This document shows, piece by piece, positions 1 through 9,773 of a stretch of 64,000 nucleotides of DNA (positions are counted from its first letter, which is position 1; every line of letters starts with the position of its first letter). The stretch lies in IMG/VR virus record IMGVR_UViG_3300042558_004148, positions 124,001-188,000 of that record; one strand, written 5' to 3'. Under the pieces are notes generated by a model. That model was not told the DNA's origin. It made no database searches and worked only from the letters and a program-made list of their open reading frames with translations. The translations under genes and the position numbers were made by a program.

Positions 1-291
1 CCTAAAGGATCAAGTAAAGAGGAGAAAAGTTCAAATAAGTTTACTAAGGACGAACTAAAAGCTAAAAAGACTGAAATCCTTAATAAATGGGAAAGGGATA
101 ATATTGGTGATAAAAAAGTTACCGATGCTGATGCTGAAAAGTTCTATAAATCTGGAGTGATCAAGGGTAAAAAATACTTCGGGAAGGATTTTGATCCAGC
201 AAACCCTAAGAATAAGGAAGAGGAAATGTACGCCGATTATATGAATGGTATAATGGAGAGGTATTATAAAAAGACAAGCAATGCACAATAA
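1..291 (+). CDS. hypothetical protein, 3' part (runs off the window)
   Basis: Frame 1 is open from base 1 to TAA at 289-291 (PKGSSKEEK...KTSNAQ*) and overlaps the next ATG; not in the ORF track. Confidence 0.6.
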   Translation, partial: PKGSSKEEKSSNKFTKDELKAKKTEILNKWERDNIGDKKVTDADAEKFYKSGVIKGKKYFGKDFDPANPKNKEEEMYADYMNGIMERYYKKTSNAQ

Positions 292-1204
292 AACGCTATC
301 ATTTAATAACTTTGTAATTTTATTAGAGGGTGGTGCCGCTATTAAAACATCTAGAAGAATAAGGGAGGATGAGTTTGAAGAAACACTAGCCTCAATAAAG
401 AGCATATTGTTGCCGATTATTGGTGTAAATCCCAATTCATCTGCTGGTGAATACATCGTTATTGGAAGCATAGGGAAAAAGAAAAATCCAGATGATACAT
501 CGGGTGATCTTGATCTTGGACTTGATTCTAATTTATTCAATGTGCCACTAAAGGAGGTATCTGGATATATTTATTCGATATTAAGTGGATCGGAAGAGCT
601 AACAAGCAAATTGGGATTCGAACCTGAAATAAATTATTTGAAGGGACTAAATATAGTAAGTATAGGATGGCCTATAAACGGTGATCAAACTAACGGAATT
701 GTACAGCTTGATTTAATACCCGTTGCTGATATGGAATGGGCAAAGTTTATCTACTATTCACCTGACTACAAAACATCTGAAAGTAAATATAAATCAGCTC
801 ATAGAAACTGGTTACTTGCTGCTATATTAGCAATACGTAGAATGGTATTGGATGTTAACGATGCTGGAGAAGTTATGGATTATGATTCACCTGTGCTGAT
901 ATTAAGCGATGGTTTATATTGGCATACTAAATCATACAGAGGCAAACTAAAACCTAGATTAAAGAATGCTGCCAAGATAAGCGGAAGCGAGAGATTTATA
1001 ACTAGAGATCCTCAGGAATTTATAGACTTTGCATTGGGTACAGGTTATTCAATCAATGACGTTAAAACATTCGAAAAGTTATACCAGATTATAGATTCAC
1101 CTAGTTTTGAACTTTATGATAAGGTTGGCGAAATAGAGGAAAAGTTCCTCGAATATATTACTAGAGCAAATTTAGAGAGGCCCTCCGAAATAAAAAGAGC
1201 TTAA
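281..1204 (+). CDS. Pol-beta-superfamily nucleotidyltransferase with N-terminal capsid-targeting-like motif
   Basis: GS..DxD signature (VIGSIGKK...SGDLDL) plus third Asp (VQLDLI); N-terminus KTLSFNNFVILLE. Confidence 0.65.
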   Translation: MHNKTLSFNNFVILLEGGAAIKTSRRIREDEFEETLASIKSILLPIIGVNPNSSAGEYIVIGSIGKKKNPDDTSGDLDLGLDSNLFNVPLKEVSGYIYSILSGSEELTSKLGFEPEINYLKGLNIVSIGWPINGDQTNGIVQLDLIPVADMEWAKFIYYSPDYKTSESKYKSAHRNWLLAAILAIRRMVLDVNDAGEVMDYDSPVLILSDGLYWHTKSYRGKLKPRLKNAAKISGSERFITRDPQEFIDFALGTGYSINDVKTFEKLYQIIDSPSFELYDKVGEIEEKFLEYITRANLERPSEIKRA

Positions 1205-1240
1205 TCTTATATAAATATAAAGATAAAATTAAAATTAAAT

Positions 1241-3322
1241 ATGTCTGGAATTAGCCACTTATATGATATTTACCATAAGAAAGGAAAAGAGTTTATTGAT
1301 AATCTCTTTAGTACTTATGTAACTGTTAATGAAAAAATGGATGGATCTGCTTTTGTTTTCGAAAGAGATGCTAACGATGGTAAATTTGTATTCTATAAGA
1401 GAGATCAGAGAAATCCGATAACAATGGTTGATAGAACCCTTATGAAATATTATGAGAAGCCTATCCAGTATATAGAATCTTTGAGTCCACACACAATAAG
1501 TAAAATCCCAAGAGGATGGAAATTTGGATTGGAATATTTTGCTAATAATAAGCCAGTCGAGATTGCTTACGATAGAATGCCAAAGAATAATCTTATATTG
1601 TCTTACGTTAGTCCTAAGGACTCTAAGCCTTCCAATAATTTTATAAATGACAAGGAGAAATTAGATACCTGGGCAGATCTTTTAGGAGTTGAGAGACCCC
1701 CGATTATTTTTCAAGGATATCTTAGTGAGGATCAGAAAGAAAAAATATCAGATTTTCTACGAACACCATTCGATGATTTGGTATCTGAGTATAAGACTAA
1801 GAGTTTTGTTAGGTATATCATAGGTGTACTAAATCCGGAAGCCAAGGAAAGCGCATTAAACGACGACCTTGATAAGGCCATAGAAGGAATAGTTTTTAAG
1901 TTTGGTGACGAGAAAGGTGAAGGTGAGACTGTTGTGTCAAAGATGGTAGATCCAGTATTTACCGAAATGGCAAAAAATAAAACCAAATTAAAGATTGAAA
2001 ATAAACCTAGTGATTTTCTGGGACTTACTGTTCTGGATGTTATGAATTTTATATTGGAATCTGGGGTTGATTCGTTTAGAATCGATGGAGATTCAGAAGA
2101 TGAGAGGTATATTTCGTTTGTTTCTGATGTATTTTCTAAATTCCTAGACGACTATGGCTATAAATATAAAGGTGCGGATTTTCAGGAACCTGATTATTTA
2201 AAGAAGGACGAATTCAGACTAAACAAGGAACTAATAAGAGATAGAAGAGTACTTAGCTATCTTGAGCAGGATGATTCATATGAATCATTATTTAAGTTAA
2301 TATTGAATTCTTTTAGAAAAATAAAGAAAAGAGCGGGTGGAATAATTACTGCTGGTATAATAAACCAGTTCAATATGCTGGTCTCTGATATACAAAAGGA
2401 AGTAGATAGAAAACAGACCCCAAAAATACAAGAATCCCAATCAGTCCCATCATTTTTTGATTTTAGAAAATCTAATATGTCAACCAAGAAAGTTGATTAT
2501 GTTACGTCTGAGAGTGAAAATGATGATCATAAGGACGATCACTTCTTTTCTTATAATGATTTTATATCAACATTGGAAACTATAGACACCAAGGAAAAGC
2601 CCGATGCTGAACCAATAGAAGAAAAAGATAAATCAGCCGAAAAGAAAGACAAAGAATTGCAGAAAGTAAATTTAATTGTTGGAAGATTTCAACCTTTCCA
2701 TAAAGGTCATCTTAAGATGGCTAATGACCTATTTAAAAAGAATAATCTGCCTTCGATAATAGCAGTAGTTCATCCTGGACATAATAAATCTGGTAAATCT
2801 CCATTTGATACTGATCTAGTTGATAAGTATATGGAATCAGTGGTTAGAGAGAATTCTAAAACTATATCCGGATATTTCATGGTAGATCGAGGATTACTCG
2901 GAATTATATACGGTAAAGCTAAACAGATGGGATACCTTCCCAAATATATAGGATGTGGTGATGATAGAACAGAAGATTACAAGAAGCAAGCAGAATATCT
3001 TAAGAAAGCTGGCGGTGATTTTCCTGATGATATAGAGATCATAGAGACTCCTAGAATCACCAGCGGATCGGAAGTTAGAGATATGATTGATGCGGAGGAT
3101 TTTGTAGCTTTTAAGAAGCTTGTTCCCCCATCAGTAGCATCGTTTTATCAGCAGTTAGTTTCTTCTAAGAAAGGAACCGGCGTTAATGAAGGTTTATCTG
3201 ACGATGAATTATCTGATTCTGAAAAAACGGATAAAACAGAAGTTATTAATTATCTGAATGAATATGGCGATGAGAAAACCATAGATGAGGTTAATAAAGA
3301 AATTAAAAATAACGAAGAATAA
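1241..3322 (+). CDS. fusion of RNA/DNA-ligase-type covalent nucleotidyltransferase and HIGH-family (cytidylyltransferase/NMNAT-like) domain
   Basis: Ligase motifs I EKMDG, III GLEYF, IV EGIVFK, V KMVD; C-terminal GRFQPFHKGH (HxGH) and TSGSEVR; acidic linker between the domains. Confidence 0.7.
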   Translation: MSGISHLYDIYHKKGKEFIDNLFSTYVTVNEKMDGSAFVFERDANDGKFVFYKRDQRNPITMVDRTLMKYYEKPIQYIESLSPHTISKIPRGWKFGLEYFANNKPVEIAYDRMPKNNLILSYVSPKDSKPSNNFINDKEKLDTWADLLGVERPPIIFQGYLSEDQKEKISDFLRTPFDDLVSEYKTKSFVRYIIGVLNPEAKESALNDDLDKAIEGIVFKFGDEKGEGETVVSKMVDPVFTEMAKNKTKLKIENKPSDFLGLTVLDVMNFILESGVDSFRIDGDSEDERYISFVSDVFSKFLDDYGYKYKGADFQEPDYLKKDEFRLNKELIRDRRVLSYLEQDDSYESLFKLILNSFRKIKKRAGGIITAGIINQFNMLVSDIQKEVDRKQTPKIQESQSVPSFFDFRKSNMSTKKVDYVTSESENDDHKDDHFFSYNDFISTLETIDTKEKPDAEPIEEKDKSAEKKDKELQKVNLIVGRFQPFHKGHLKMANDLFKKNNLPSIIAVVHPGHNKSGKSPFDTDLVDKYMESVVRENSKTISGYFMVDRGLLGIIYGKAKQMGYLPKYIGCGDDRTEDYKKQAEYLKKAGGDFPDDIEIIETPRITSGSEVRDMIDAEDFVAFKKLVPPSVASFYQQLVSSKKGTGVNEGLSDDELSDSEKTDKTEVINYLNEYGDEKTIDEVNKEIKNNEE

Positions 3323-3323
3323 A

Positions 3324-3863
3324 ATGACAAAAATTGCAACTTTCGGACAATTTGTAAGTAATATGAATGAGTCTGATGGATTTGGTACTTCCCCATTTCT
3401 AATGAAAAAAAACGGGGATTTATATCATTATTTCTTTAATCTTGATATGGAGAATGAAGAGGTTAGAGGATTCCACCTCATAATCGGGAAATATTCGGAT
3501 CATGGTAATATAGAAGGTGCTAAGAATTCGTATGGTGTACTAACATTAAATGAAATTTCACCGGAAGTAATAGAGGATATCGCTGTAGATAAGGAAGATA
3601 TCCCACAGACAGATAAGAATAAATTTAAGATGGGATCTAACGAGCTATCTAGGCTAATGGAGTATGTTTATAAATGTGTTACTGATTACTTGGAGCTTAA
3701 TTCAAAGGTAACTAGAATATATGACGAGATTCAAGATAATCTCCAGTATGAGGGTAAAGGTACATATATGGAATACATGAAATCTATGTCGGTTTCACAA
3801 TTAGGCGGAAATTGGTCAGTTCAGGAAGGATCTGATAAGAATTCAGTTATTCTTAGCAGATAA
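3324..3863 (+). CDS. hypothetical protein with capsid-targeting-like N-terminus
   Basis: ATG at 3324 right after the upstream stop; MTKIATFGQFVSNMNES. Confidence 0.6.
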   Translation: MTKIATFGQFVSNMNESDGFGTSPFLMKKNGDLYHYFFNLDMENEEVRGFHLIIGKYSDHGNIEGAKNSYGVLTLNEISPEVIEDIAVDKEDIPQTDKNKFKMGSNELSRLMEYVYKCVTDYLELNSKVTRIYDEIQDNLQYEGKGTYMEYMKSMSVSQLGGNWSVQEGSDKNSVILSR

Positions 3864-3914
3864 GGAAACATTTATTAAAAAGTTTATATAATTAATAATT
3901 AAAATAAATACAAA

Positions 3915-4094
3915 ATGGAAAAATTCGAACAAATTAAAGCTCTTATCGAGCAAACACAAGGTGATGTTGAAAAATTCGCATCTAAAGGAAACGGAGCAGC
4001 TGGTACTAGAGTTAGACAAGCTATGCAAGAACTTAAAAAACTTGCACAGGACTTAAGAGTTGAAGTACAGGAAGCAAAAAACAACAAAGCGTAA
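3915..4094 (+). CDS. histone H1-like (Hc1-family) small DNA-binding protein
   Basis: 59-aa ORF missed by the track: MEKFEQIK...KFASKGNGAAGTRVRQAMQELKKLAQDLR; GNxAAGTRxR motif typical of Hc1-like proteins. Confidence 0.8.
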   Translation: MEKFEQIKALIEQTQGDVEKFASKGNGAAGTRVRQAMQELKKLAQDLRVEVQEAKNNKA

Positions 4095-4119
4095 TTTTAA
4101 TCTCTAAAAAGAAAATCAA

Positions 4120-4356
4120 ATGAGTTACTATTTAGTAAAAGTAAATTTCGAGTCTGGTGAAGTTAATAAAGCAGGCGACCCAATGTACAAAAAATCCCAA
4201 TTCTTAGTTGCTGGAGAATCTATCATCGAGGTAGAAAAGAAAGTTGCTGAGTATATGGATGGAACCGTTGGAGGATTTGAAACCTTCCAGATCAATAAAA
4301 CTTTGATCGAAGCGGTTATATACGATAAAGACAAATATGAAGAAGAACTCCTCTAA
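4120..4356 (+). CDS. DUF4494-like protein
   Basis: YYLVKVNF...K..FLV...S..E.E.K pattern resembles the Bacteroidota DUF4494 family. Confidence 0.55.
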   Translation: MSYYLVKVNFESGEVNKAGDPMYKKSQFLVAGESIIEVEKKVAEYMDGTVGGFETFQINKTLIEAVIYDKDKYEEELL

Positions 4357-4588
4357 ATCTGCAGAAACTAGTTTCTATGCACCACCACAATCACCAATAG
4401 CTATACAGCCTGGAGATACCGGATTTGTTACGGTTGGTAAACAATATAACAGATTCATATGGACGTTTGGAGACTGGAAGAATCAGAAGAAGAGGATAAT
4501 AAATCCCGATACCAATTGGGATTTAGATTCTAAGCCCATTACTCAAAAAGAATGGAATAAAAAACAAAAAGACCTATTTTTAAAGTAG
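4337..4588 (+). CDS. hypothetical protein
   Basis: ORF overlapping the upstream gene and ending in a terminator. Confidence 0.5.
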   Translation: MKKNSSKSAETSFYAPPQSPIAIQPGDTGFVTVGKQYNRFIWTFGDWKNQKKRIINPDTNWDLDSKPITQKEWNKKQKDLFLK

Positions 4589-4600
4589 GTCTTTTTTTTT
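4566..4600 (+). terminator. intrinsic terminator
   Basis: AAAAAGACCTA...TAGGTCTTTTT stem followed by a T-run. Confidence 0.75.
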
Positions 4601-4630
4601 GATATATAGTCTGTAAAAAAATTAATAATT

Positions 4631-4984
4631 ATGCCATCATCGAGTGTAGCACAACAGAGATTAATGGGGCAGGCTTATGCTGTTAGAATAGGTGAACTTA
4701 AACCAGCAGACATAGACCCTAAATATAGAAAAGCGATAGTAGATCTTTCTAAAAGAATGACCGAGAAAGAGCTGAAAGCTTATGCATCAACAAAATATAA
4801 AAATCTACCAGATCACGTTGACGAGGATCTAGCTATAGTAACATCACCGAAAATACCGGATTTCTATCCTGGCGGACCAGCCAAGATAATGCCATTTTTG
4901 GATCCTGACTCAAAACAAAAATCCAAAGGTAAGAAGAACCTCCAGAATTTGAAGGATTATAGAGATTGGATTTCCTCTAAGTAA
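4631..4984 (+). CDS. DUF3008-like protein
   Basis: MPSxSxAQQRxMG..A...G..K and MTEKELxxYASTKxKxLPxHV pattern; GATATATA at 4601. Confidence 0.6.
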   Translation: MPSSSVAQQRLMGQAYAVRIGELKPADIDPKYRKAIVDLSKRMTEKELKAYASTKYKNLPDHVDEDLAIVTSPKIPDFYPGGPAKIMPFLDPDSKQKSKGKKNLQNLKDYRDWISSK

Positions 4985-5012
4985 TATATGATATAGCAGT
5001 TCAGATCACACA

Positions 5013-6875
5013 ATGGCTAATAAAATAAAATATAGCGGCTCCTCGCAATCTAATACAATTAAGAAGGGAAATATCCTGATTGGTATAAATAATGTCGATT
5101 ACGCACCAACCTCATCTACTGGTTTCTGGAACGGTATAACTCCAACATATGGTGGATATACGATATATCTAAATAAGACATCCAATGGACCATCGATTTA
5201 TGTTGCTTCCAATGACGCACAATTAATAGATTTAACTAATAAAATCGCGGGTACATCATATACCACGGTGGTGCAGTGTCTTAATTATTTTTCGTCGCAA
5301 TCGGATAGAGTTGTTCTGAATTTCGATTATGAGAATATATTAACGAGCGGGATGGTATTAAATCTGGATTCTGGTTTTTCAGTATCATATCCAACCTCAG
5401 GAACAACAATCTATGACATAAGCTCGGGTAATAATAATGCAACATTGGTAAATGGTATCTCATTTAACCCAAATGGGTCATCGTTTGATGGAGGTGGAAG
5501 TTTAACCTTCGATGGTGTTGACGATCGTGTGGATTTCTATGCACCGAATCTATCTGGTACCGCCAGTGTCGAGATGTGGTGTAAAATAGGATCAGATTAT
5601 AGTAATAGGATGTTCATGGGATGGCAATATTACGACGTATATACTGCGGGTGGATCAATTGGGTATAATACTGGGAATGGTGATGTCTATGGAATATCTC
5701 AATCCACTGTTAACTCATTGGGTATCGTTAACGAATGGGCTCATTATATATTTGAATTTAGGAGTGATGTTGCATATACAAATAATAAGATATATGTTAA
5801 TGGAGTTTCACAGACATTAAGTCAACAGTACTCCGGTGAAGCATCAGGTAACAGAAACTTTAATAGCGGCTACGGTAAGATTGCAACTTGGGGAGGTGGA
5901 GGATATAATATGATCATGGAATGTGCAGTTTTTAGAGTTTATAATAGATCACTAACACAATCAGAGATAACCCAGAATTATAATTCGCAAAAGGGAAGAT
6001 TCCAAAATTTTTATACCAATGGTAACTTTAAATTTTTAACTTCAGGAGGTGCACTCCAGAATTATTCTGGTGGATCTACTAATAGTACGACGACCCTTCC
6101 TGGATATAGTTACTCGTTGCAACTCCCTCAGACACAGTATGGGACATTTACTAGTGATACACCAGTTCAGGTTGATACAACAAAAAAATATAAGGTGACA
6201 GTTAAAAATAGGACTCTCACTAAGGGTGGGCCGGGAGATAATATACTTTCTGGAGGTTATACCGGATTCATGACACTTGATTCAAGCTACAGGTTCATTG
6301 ATCTGAGAATGTGTGGGGGAATTGCTAATACAACTTTGACTAGAAATTTGGTTGCTGGTGATTCATATGCATATGTTTCCAGTGTAAATAATCAATGGGT
6401 AGGTCCAGGTAATACCTATTACTTCAGACATTTTATGATGTACCCACCATCACATCCAGAATTTAATAAACCTTGGGAATATACTAGGATAGGTTATGGT
6501 GATGTGGATCTCTATTATAACGAGATAACTGATATTGGTGGAGGTGAATTGAGATTTAGATTTGCTGATTCTAATAATAATTGGGTTTCTTTCCCTGACA
6601 TAGGTTATCCCACACCAGCTGGTACACCAGTAATGAATGGTGTTGCTGGTGGAACATATAATTATGTATTCTATCCAACAGAAGCTCCTTTTGGTAGCTG
6701 GGGAACACACGAGAGTGGTGTATTTACTGGGGAAAACCGAAATAGCGGTTTGCCTTTTAGATATGGAACAAAATATGTCATGTTTTTGCATTTGATAAAT
6801 TATGCGGTACCTGGTGGAACATCTCCTCTACCAATTATGCTATTTGGTGACATAACATTGGAGGAAGTAAAATAG
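5013..6875 (+). CDS. LamG/concanavalin-A-like domain virion protein (fibre or decoration)
   Basis: LNLDSG...SYP..GT..YDIS...N.TLVNG...FDGVDD...YNRSL...EI.QNYN LamG signature; Gly/Asn/Thr/Ser rich. Confidence 0.75.
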   Translation: MANKIKYSGSSQSNTIKKGNILIGINNVDYAPTSSTGFWNGITPTYGGYTIYLNKTSNGPSIYVASNDAQLIDLTNKIAGTSYTTVVQCLNYFSSQSDRVVLNFDYENILTSGMVLNLDSGFSVSYPTSGTTIYDISSGNNNATLVNGISFNPNGSSFDGGGSLTFDGVDDRVDFYAPNLSGTASVEMWCKIGSDYSNRMFMGWQYYDVYTAGGSIGYNTGNGDVYGISQSTVNSLGIVNEWAHYIFEFRSDVAYTNNKIYVNGVSQTLSQQYSGEASGNRNFNSGYGKIATWGGGGYNMIMECAVFRVYNRSLTQSEITQNYNSQKGRFQNFYTNGNFKFLTSGGALQNYSGGSTNSTTTLPGYSYSLQLPQTQYGTFTSDTPVQVDTTKKYKVTVKNRTLTKGGPGDNILSGGYTGFMTLDSSYRFIDLRMCGGIANTTLTRNLVAGDSYAYVSSVNNQWVGPGNTYYFRHFMMYPPSHPEFNKPWEYTRIGYGDVDLYYNEITDIGGGELRFRFADSNNNWVSFPDIGYPTPAGTPVMNGVAGGTYNYVFYPTEAPFGSWGTHESGVFTGENRNSGLPFRYGTKYVMFLHLINYAVPGGTSPLPIMLFGDITLEEVK

Positions 6876-6882
6876 TGATAAT

Positions 6883-7116
6883 ATGATGAAATCTATAATT
6901 TTTAAAGTATACGAATTGGATAAGGTTGATTTTAATGAGGTTATACAAACTCCGGAGACATTAATTTATAGTGTAAATCAGGATAAAACATACGTTAGTT
7001 GGACCACTGTTGAAAATCCCGATTTTATTTCCACCATGGAAAGCGCTGAGGGTCCATATGATCAGAATCAATTATTAGGAATCACTGAGGGATATGAATG
7101 GCTATTAATCGTTTAG
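6883..7116 (+). CDS. small partner protein of LamG cassette 1
   Basis: Paralog of 9465..9743 (IF.V.EL..DF..V..T..T...SV.Q.KT.V.W...EGPY...EW). Confidence 0.6.
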   Translation: MMKSIIFKVYELDKVDFNEVIQTPETLIYSVNQDKTYVSWTTVENPDFISTMESAEGPYDQNQLLGITEGYEWLLIV

Positions 7117-7160
7117 TTATTTTATAATCGATTTTTAAATAAAACTAAATAAAATAAAAA

Positions 7161-9446
7161 ATGCCAAATTCAATAAAACATTCAACAACTGGTGATACAC
7201 AGTCATTAAAGAAGGGGAATTTCTTTTTTGGTGTGGGTGACGTTGGTAAGGGACCTTCAAGTTCATCTGGTCACTATAATGGAGTAACGCCGATGTCGGG
7301 TGGATACACCATTTATTCATATAACGTAAATGAAACATCCAAGATAAGCTTTCACACTGCGAACAGCGATCTTGAGCTAATATCATACACCAATATTATA
7401 TCAGGTCAGGGTTTCACTACAGCAGTACAATGTTTAAACTGGTATGCAACTCAAACAAATTATGCGTGTGTTAATAAAAATTACGAAGGAATAATTACTG
7501 ATGGTTTGGTCTTTAATGTTGATGCTGGGTTTATACCATCATATCCAACTAACGGCACTGGCTGGTATGATATATCACATAACGGAAATAATGCAACCCT
7601 TGTAAATGGACCGGCTTTTAGTTCCTTGAATGGCGGGTCTATAGTATTCGATGGAGCTGATGATGTTGTTAGTACTAATCTCGTTCAAACATTTACTAAT
7701 GAGCTTACTGTTGATACCTGGTATAGAGGAACTAAAACAACAAGGAATCACTTATGGAATTTCTACGGTAGTAATCTGAACTGTAATTTTAATGATTCAG
7801 GATATAGTCTTTGGATGTATTGGGAGGGTAACGGAGGTAATAGGATCTGGTGGACCTCTCCAAATTTTACTGACGGTAATATACACCATCTAGTATTTAG
7901 ACATTCGGGAAGCGTCAATCAAATTTATTTGGATGGTCAATTATTAACACCAAACCAAACAGCAGGCACGCAAACATTTTCCGGTGTTGGCGGTAGCGGT
8001 TATGATTTAGCTTCGCTTGGACCATTTGGTGGAAATATATATTCCAATAGAGTTTATAGTAGAGCATTATCATCATCAGAAATATTGCAAAACTACAACG
8101 CAGGATTAGCAAGATTTAACACCGCTAATATCGTAAAAAATAATTTGATGTTAAATCTTGATGCGTCCAATGCTATTTCATATCCAACGACTGGTACGAA
8201 GTGGAATGATTTGAGTGGATATGGAAATGTTGGTACATTAGCAAATGGACCAACATTTAACTCCACAACTAGGTCTATCGTATTTGATGGAGCTGATGAC
8301 TACGTATCAGATGGATCATCAACTTATGATATTACAAATCAATTCACAGTGGAAGTTTTATGTAACCCCACTCAAGAATATAATGGAATGTTTAATTTTG
8401 TAGGTCCTAATGGGTCTGATAGAGGAATGATGGCACATTGGCCTTGGGGTGGTGATTATGGATATTTCGATATCACCAATACTTCTAATGCATTTTTTAG
8501 ATGGTATAAAGCAGGTGCCGGAATATTAAACGTAAGAGCATTATATCACTTTATCTTAAACCCTAACGGTCAGGTGGTGGTAAAACAAAACAATCAGATA
8601 ATGACTCCATCCGGTACAGATACTTTTACTGGGAATGTTTCGCTGGGTTCATATAACACTATAGGTGCGTTTAGTTCAGCACAACTTCCCTGGAAAGGAG
8701 AGATGTCTAAATTTAGGGTCTATAATAGGGCATTAACCGATGCAGAGACTACTCAAAACTACTATGGTTCACCTATAATAACGGATGGTTTAATTATGGC
8801 GTTAGATGCTGGTAATTTCGTGTCTTATCCAGGATCAGGAACTACATGGAAAGATTTAACAACTAATGGTACTAATGGTACCTTAACAAACGGAACCACA
8901 TTTAATAGTTCAGATGGTGGAAGTATCGTGTTTGATGGGACTGACGATTATATGGTTGTACCTACATTTTCTAATAAACCAACAACCGCAATTACTTGCG
9001 AAAGTTGGATAAAACCAACTAAACTAACGGTTTCAGGAACGATAAGGGGCGGTGCGATATCTTCATCTAATAGTATGTATTTAGGTATCATTGATTCAAC
9101 GGATGGCGGTAATACGTTCTCAATGCATTGGGCAAACCAAACTAACAATAGTAGGGTATCTAATTGGAATGGTAGTATACCAAACAATTCTTGGTCTTAC
9201 TTAGTTGGTACTTATGACGGCACTATGGCAAGAGCATATCTTAATGGTGTTGAGATATGGTCAACCCCACAAACAGGTACGATACCCGATGCAACTTATT
9301 ATGTTGGAACTTATGGTGGTAGTGTTGTAGATGGGACTCATAATTTTAATGGACATATCCCAATTGCAAGAATATATAACCGAGCGTTAACCCCACAAGA
9401 AATATCACAAAACTATAATGCAGCCAAATCAAGATTTGGTTTATAA
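7161..9446 (+). CDS. triple-LamG domain virion protein
   Basis: Three repeats of (L/V)DA...SYP..G..W.D...NG.TL.NG..F...IVFDG.DD...Y(N/S)RAL...E..QNY; N-terminal ~110 aa shared with 5013..6875. Confidence 0.8.
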   Translation: MPNSIKHSTTGDTQSLKKGNFFFGVGDVGKGPSSSSGHYNGVTPMSGGYTIYSYNVNETSKISFHTANSDLELISYTNIISGQGFTTAVQCLNWYATQTNYACVNKNYEGIITDGLVFNVDAGFIPSYPTNGTGWYDISHNGNNATLVNGPAFSSLNGGSIVFDGADDVVSTNLVQTFTNELTVDTWYRGTKTTRNHLWNFYGSNLNCNFNDSGYSLWMYWEGNGGNRIWWTSPNFTDGNIHHLVFRHSGSVNQIYLDGQLLTPNQTAGTQTFSGVGGSGYDLASLGPFGGNIYSNRVYSRALSSSEILQNYNAGLARFNTANIVKNNLMLNLDASNAISYPTTGTKWNDLSGYGNVGTLANGPTFNSTTRSIVFDGADDYVSDGSSTYDITNQFTVEVLCNPTQEYNGMFNFVGPNGSDRGMMAHWPWGGDYGYFDITNTSNAFFRWYKAGAGILNVRALYHFILNPNGQVVVKQNNQIMTPSGTDTFTGNVSLGSYNTIGAFSSAQLPWKGEMSKFRVYNRALTDAETTQNYYGSPIITDGLIMALDAGNFVSYPGSGTTWKDLTTNGTNGTLTNGTTFNSSDGGSIVFDGTDDYMVVPTFSNKPTTAITCESWIKPTKLTVSGTIRGGAISSSNSMYLGIIDSTDGGNTFSMHWANQTNNSRVSNWNGSIPNNSWSYLVGTYDGTMARAYLNGVEIWSTPQTGTIPDATYYVGTYGGSVVDGTHNFNGHIPIARIYNRALTPQEISQNYNAAKSRFGL

Positions 9447-9464
9447 TAAAAAATATATAATAAT

Positions 9465-9743
9465 ATGGAAACACAAGTACAAGAATACGACAACAGAGAA
9501 TTTATGATTTTCAATGTAAGTGAATTGAATGAAATCGATTTCACTCAAGTTTTAGAAACATCAGCAGATACGGTTAGAAAATCTGTGGACCAAACAAAGA
9601 CATTTGTTAAGTGGGATGGTGTAATGCCAGAATGTGTAAGTAACCTAAATACAAAGGAAGGTCCTTATACATATGATGAAATTTTAATAATTTTGGCAAC
9701 ACCGGAATGGACCGATCCAAATCCACCGATGATGACTGCATAA
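9465..9743 (+). CDS. small partner protein of LamG cassette 2
   Basis: Paralog of 6883..7116. Confidence 0.6.
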   Translation: METQVQEYDNREFMIFNVSELNEIDFTQVLETSADTVRKSVDQTKTFVKWDGVMPECVSNLNTKEGPYTYDEILIILATPEWTDPNPPMMTA

Positions 9744-9773
9744 TCGACCAAATTATAGTTAGATATATAGATC

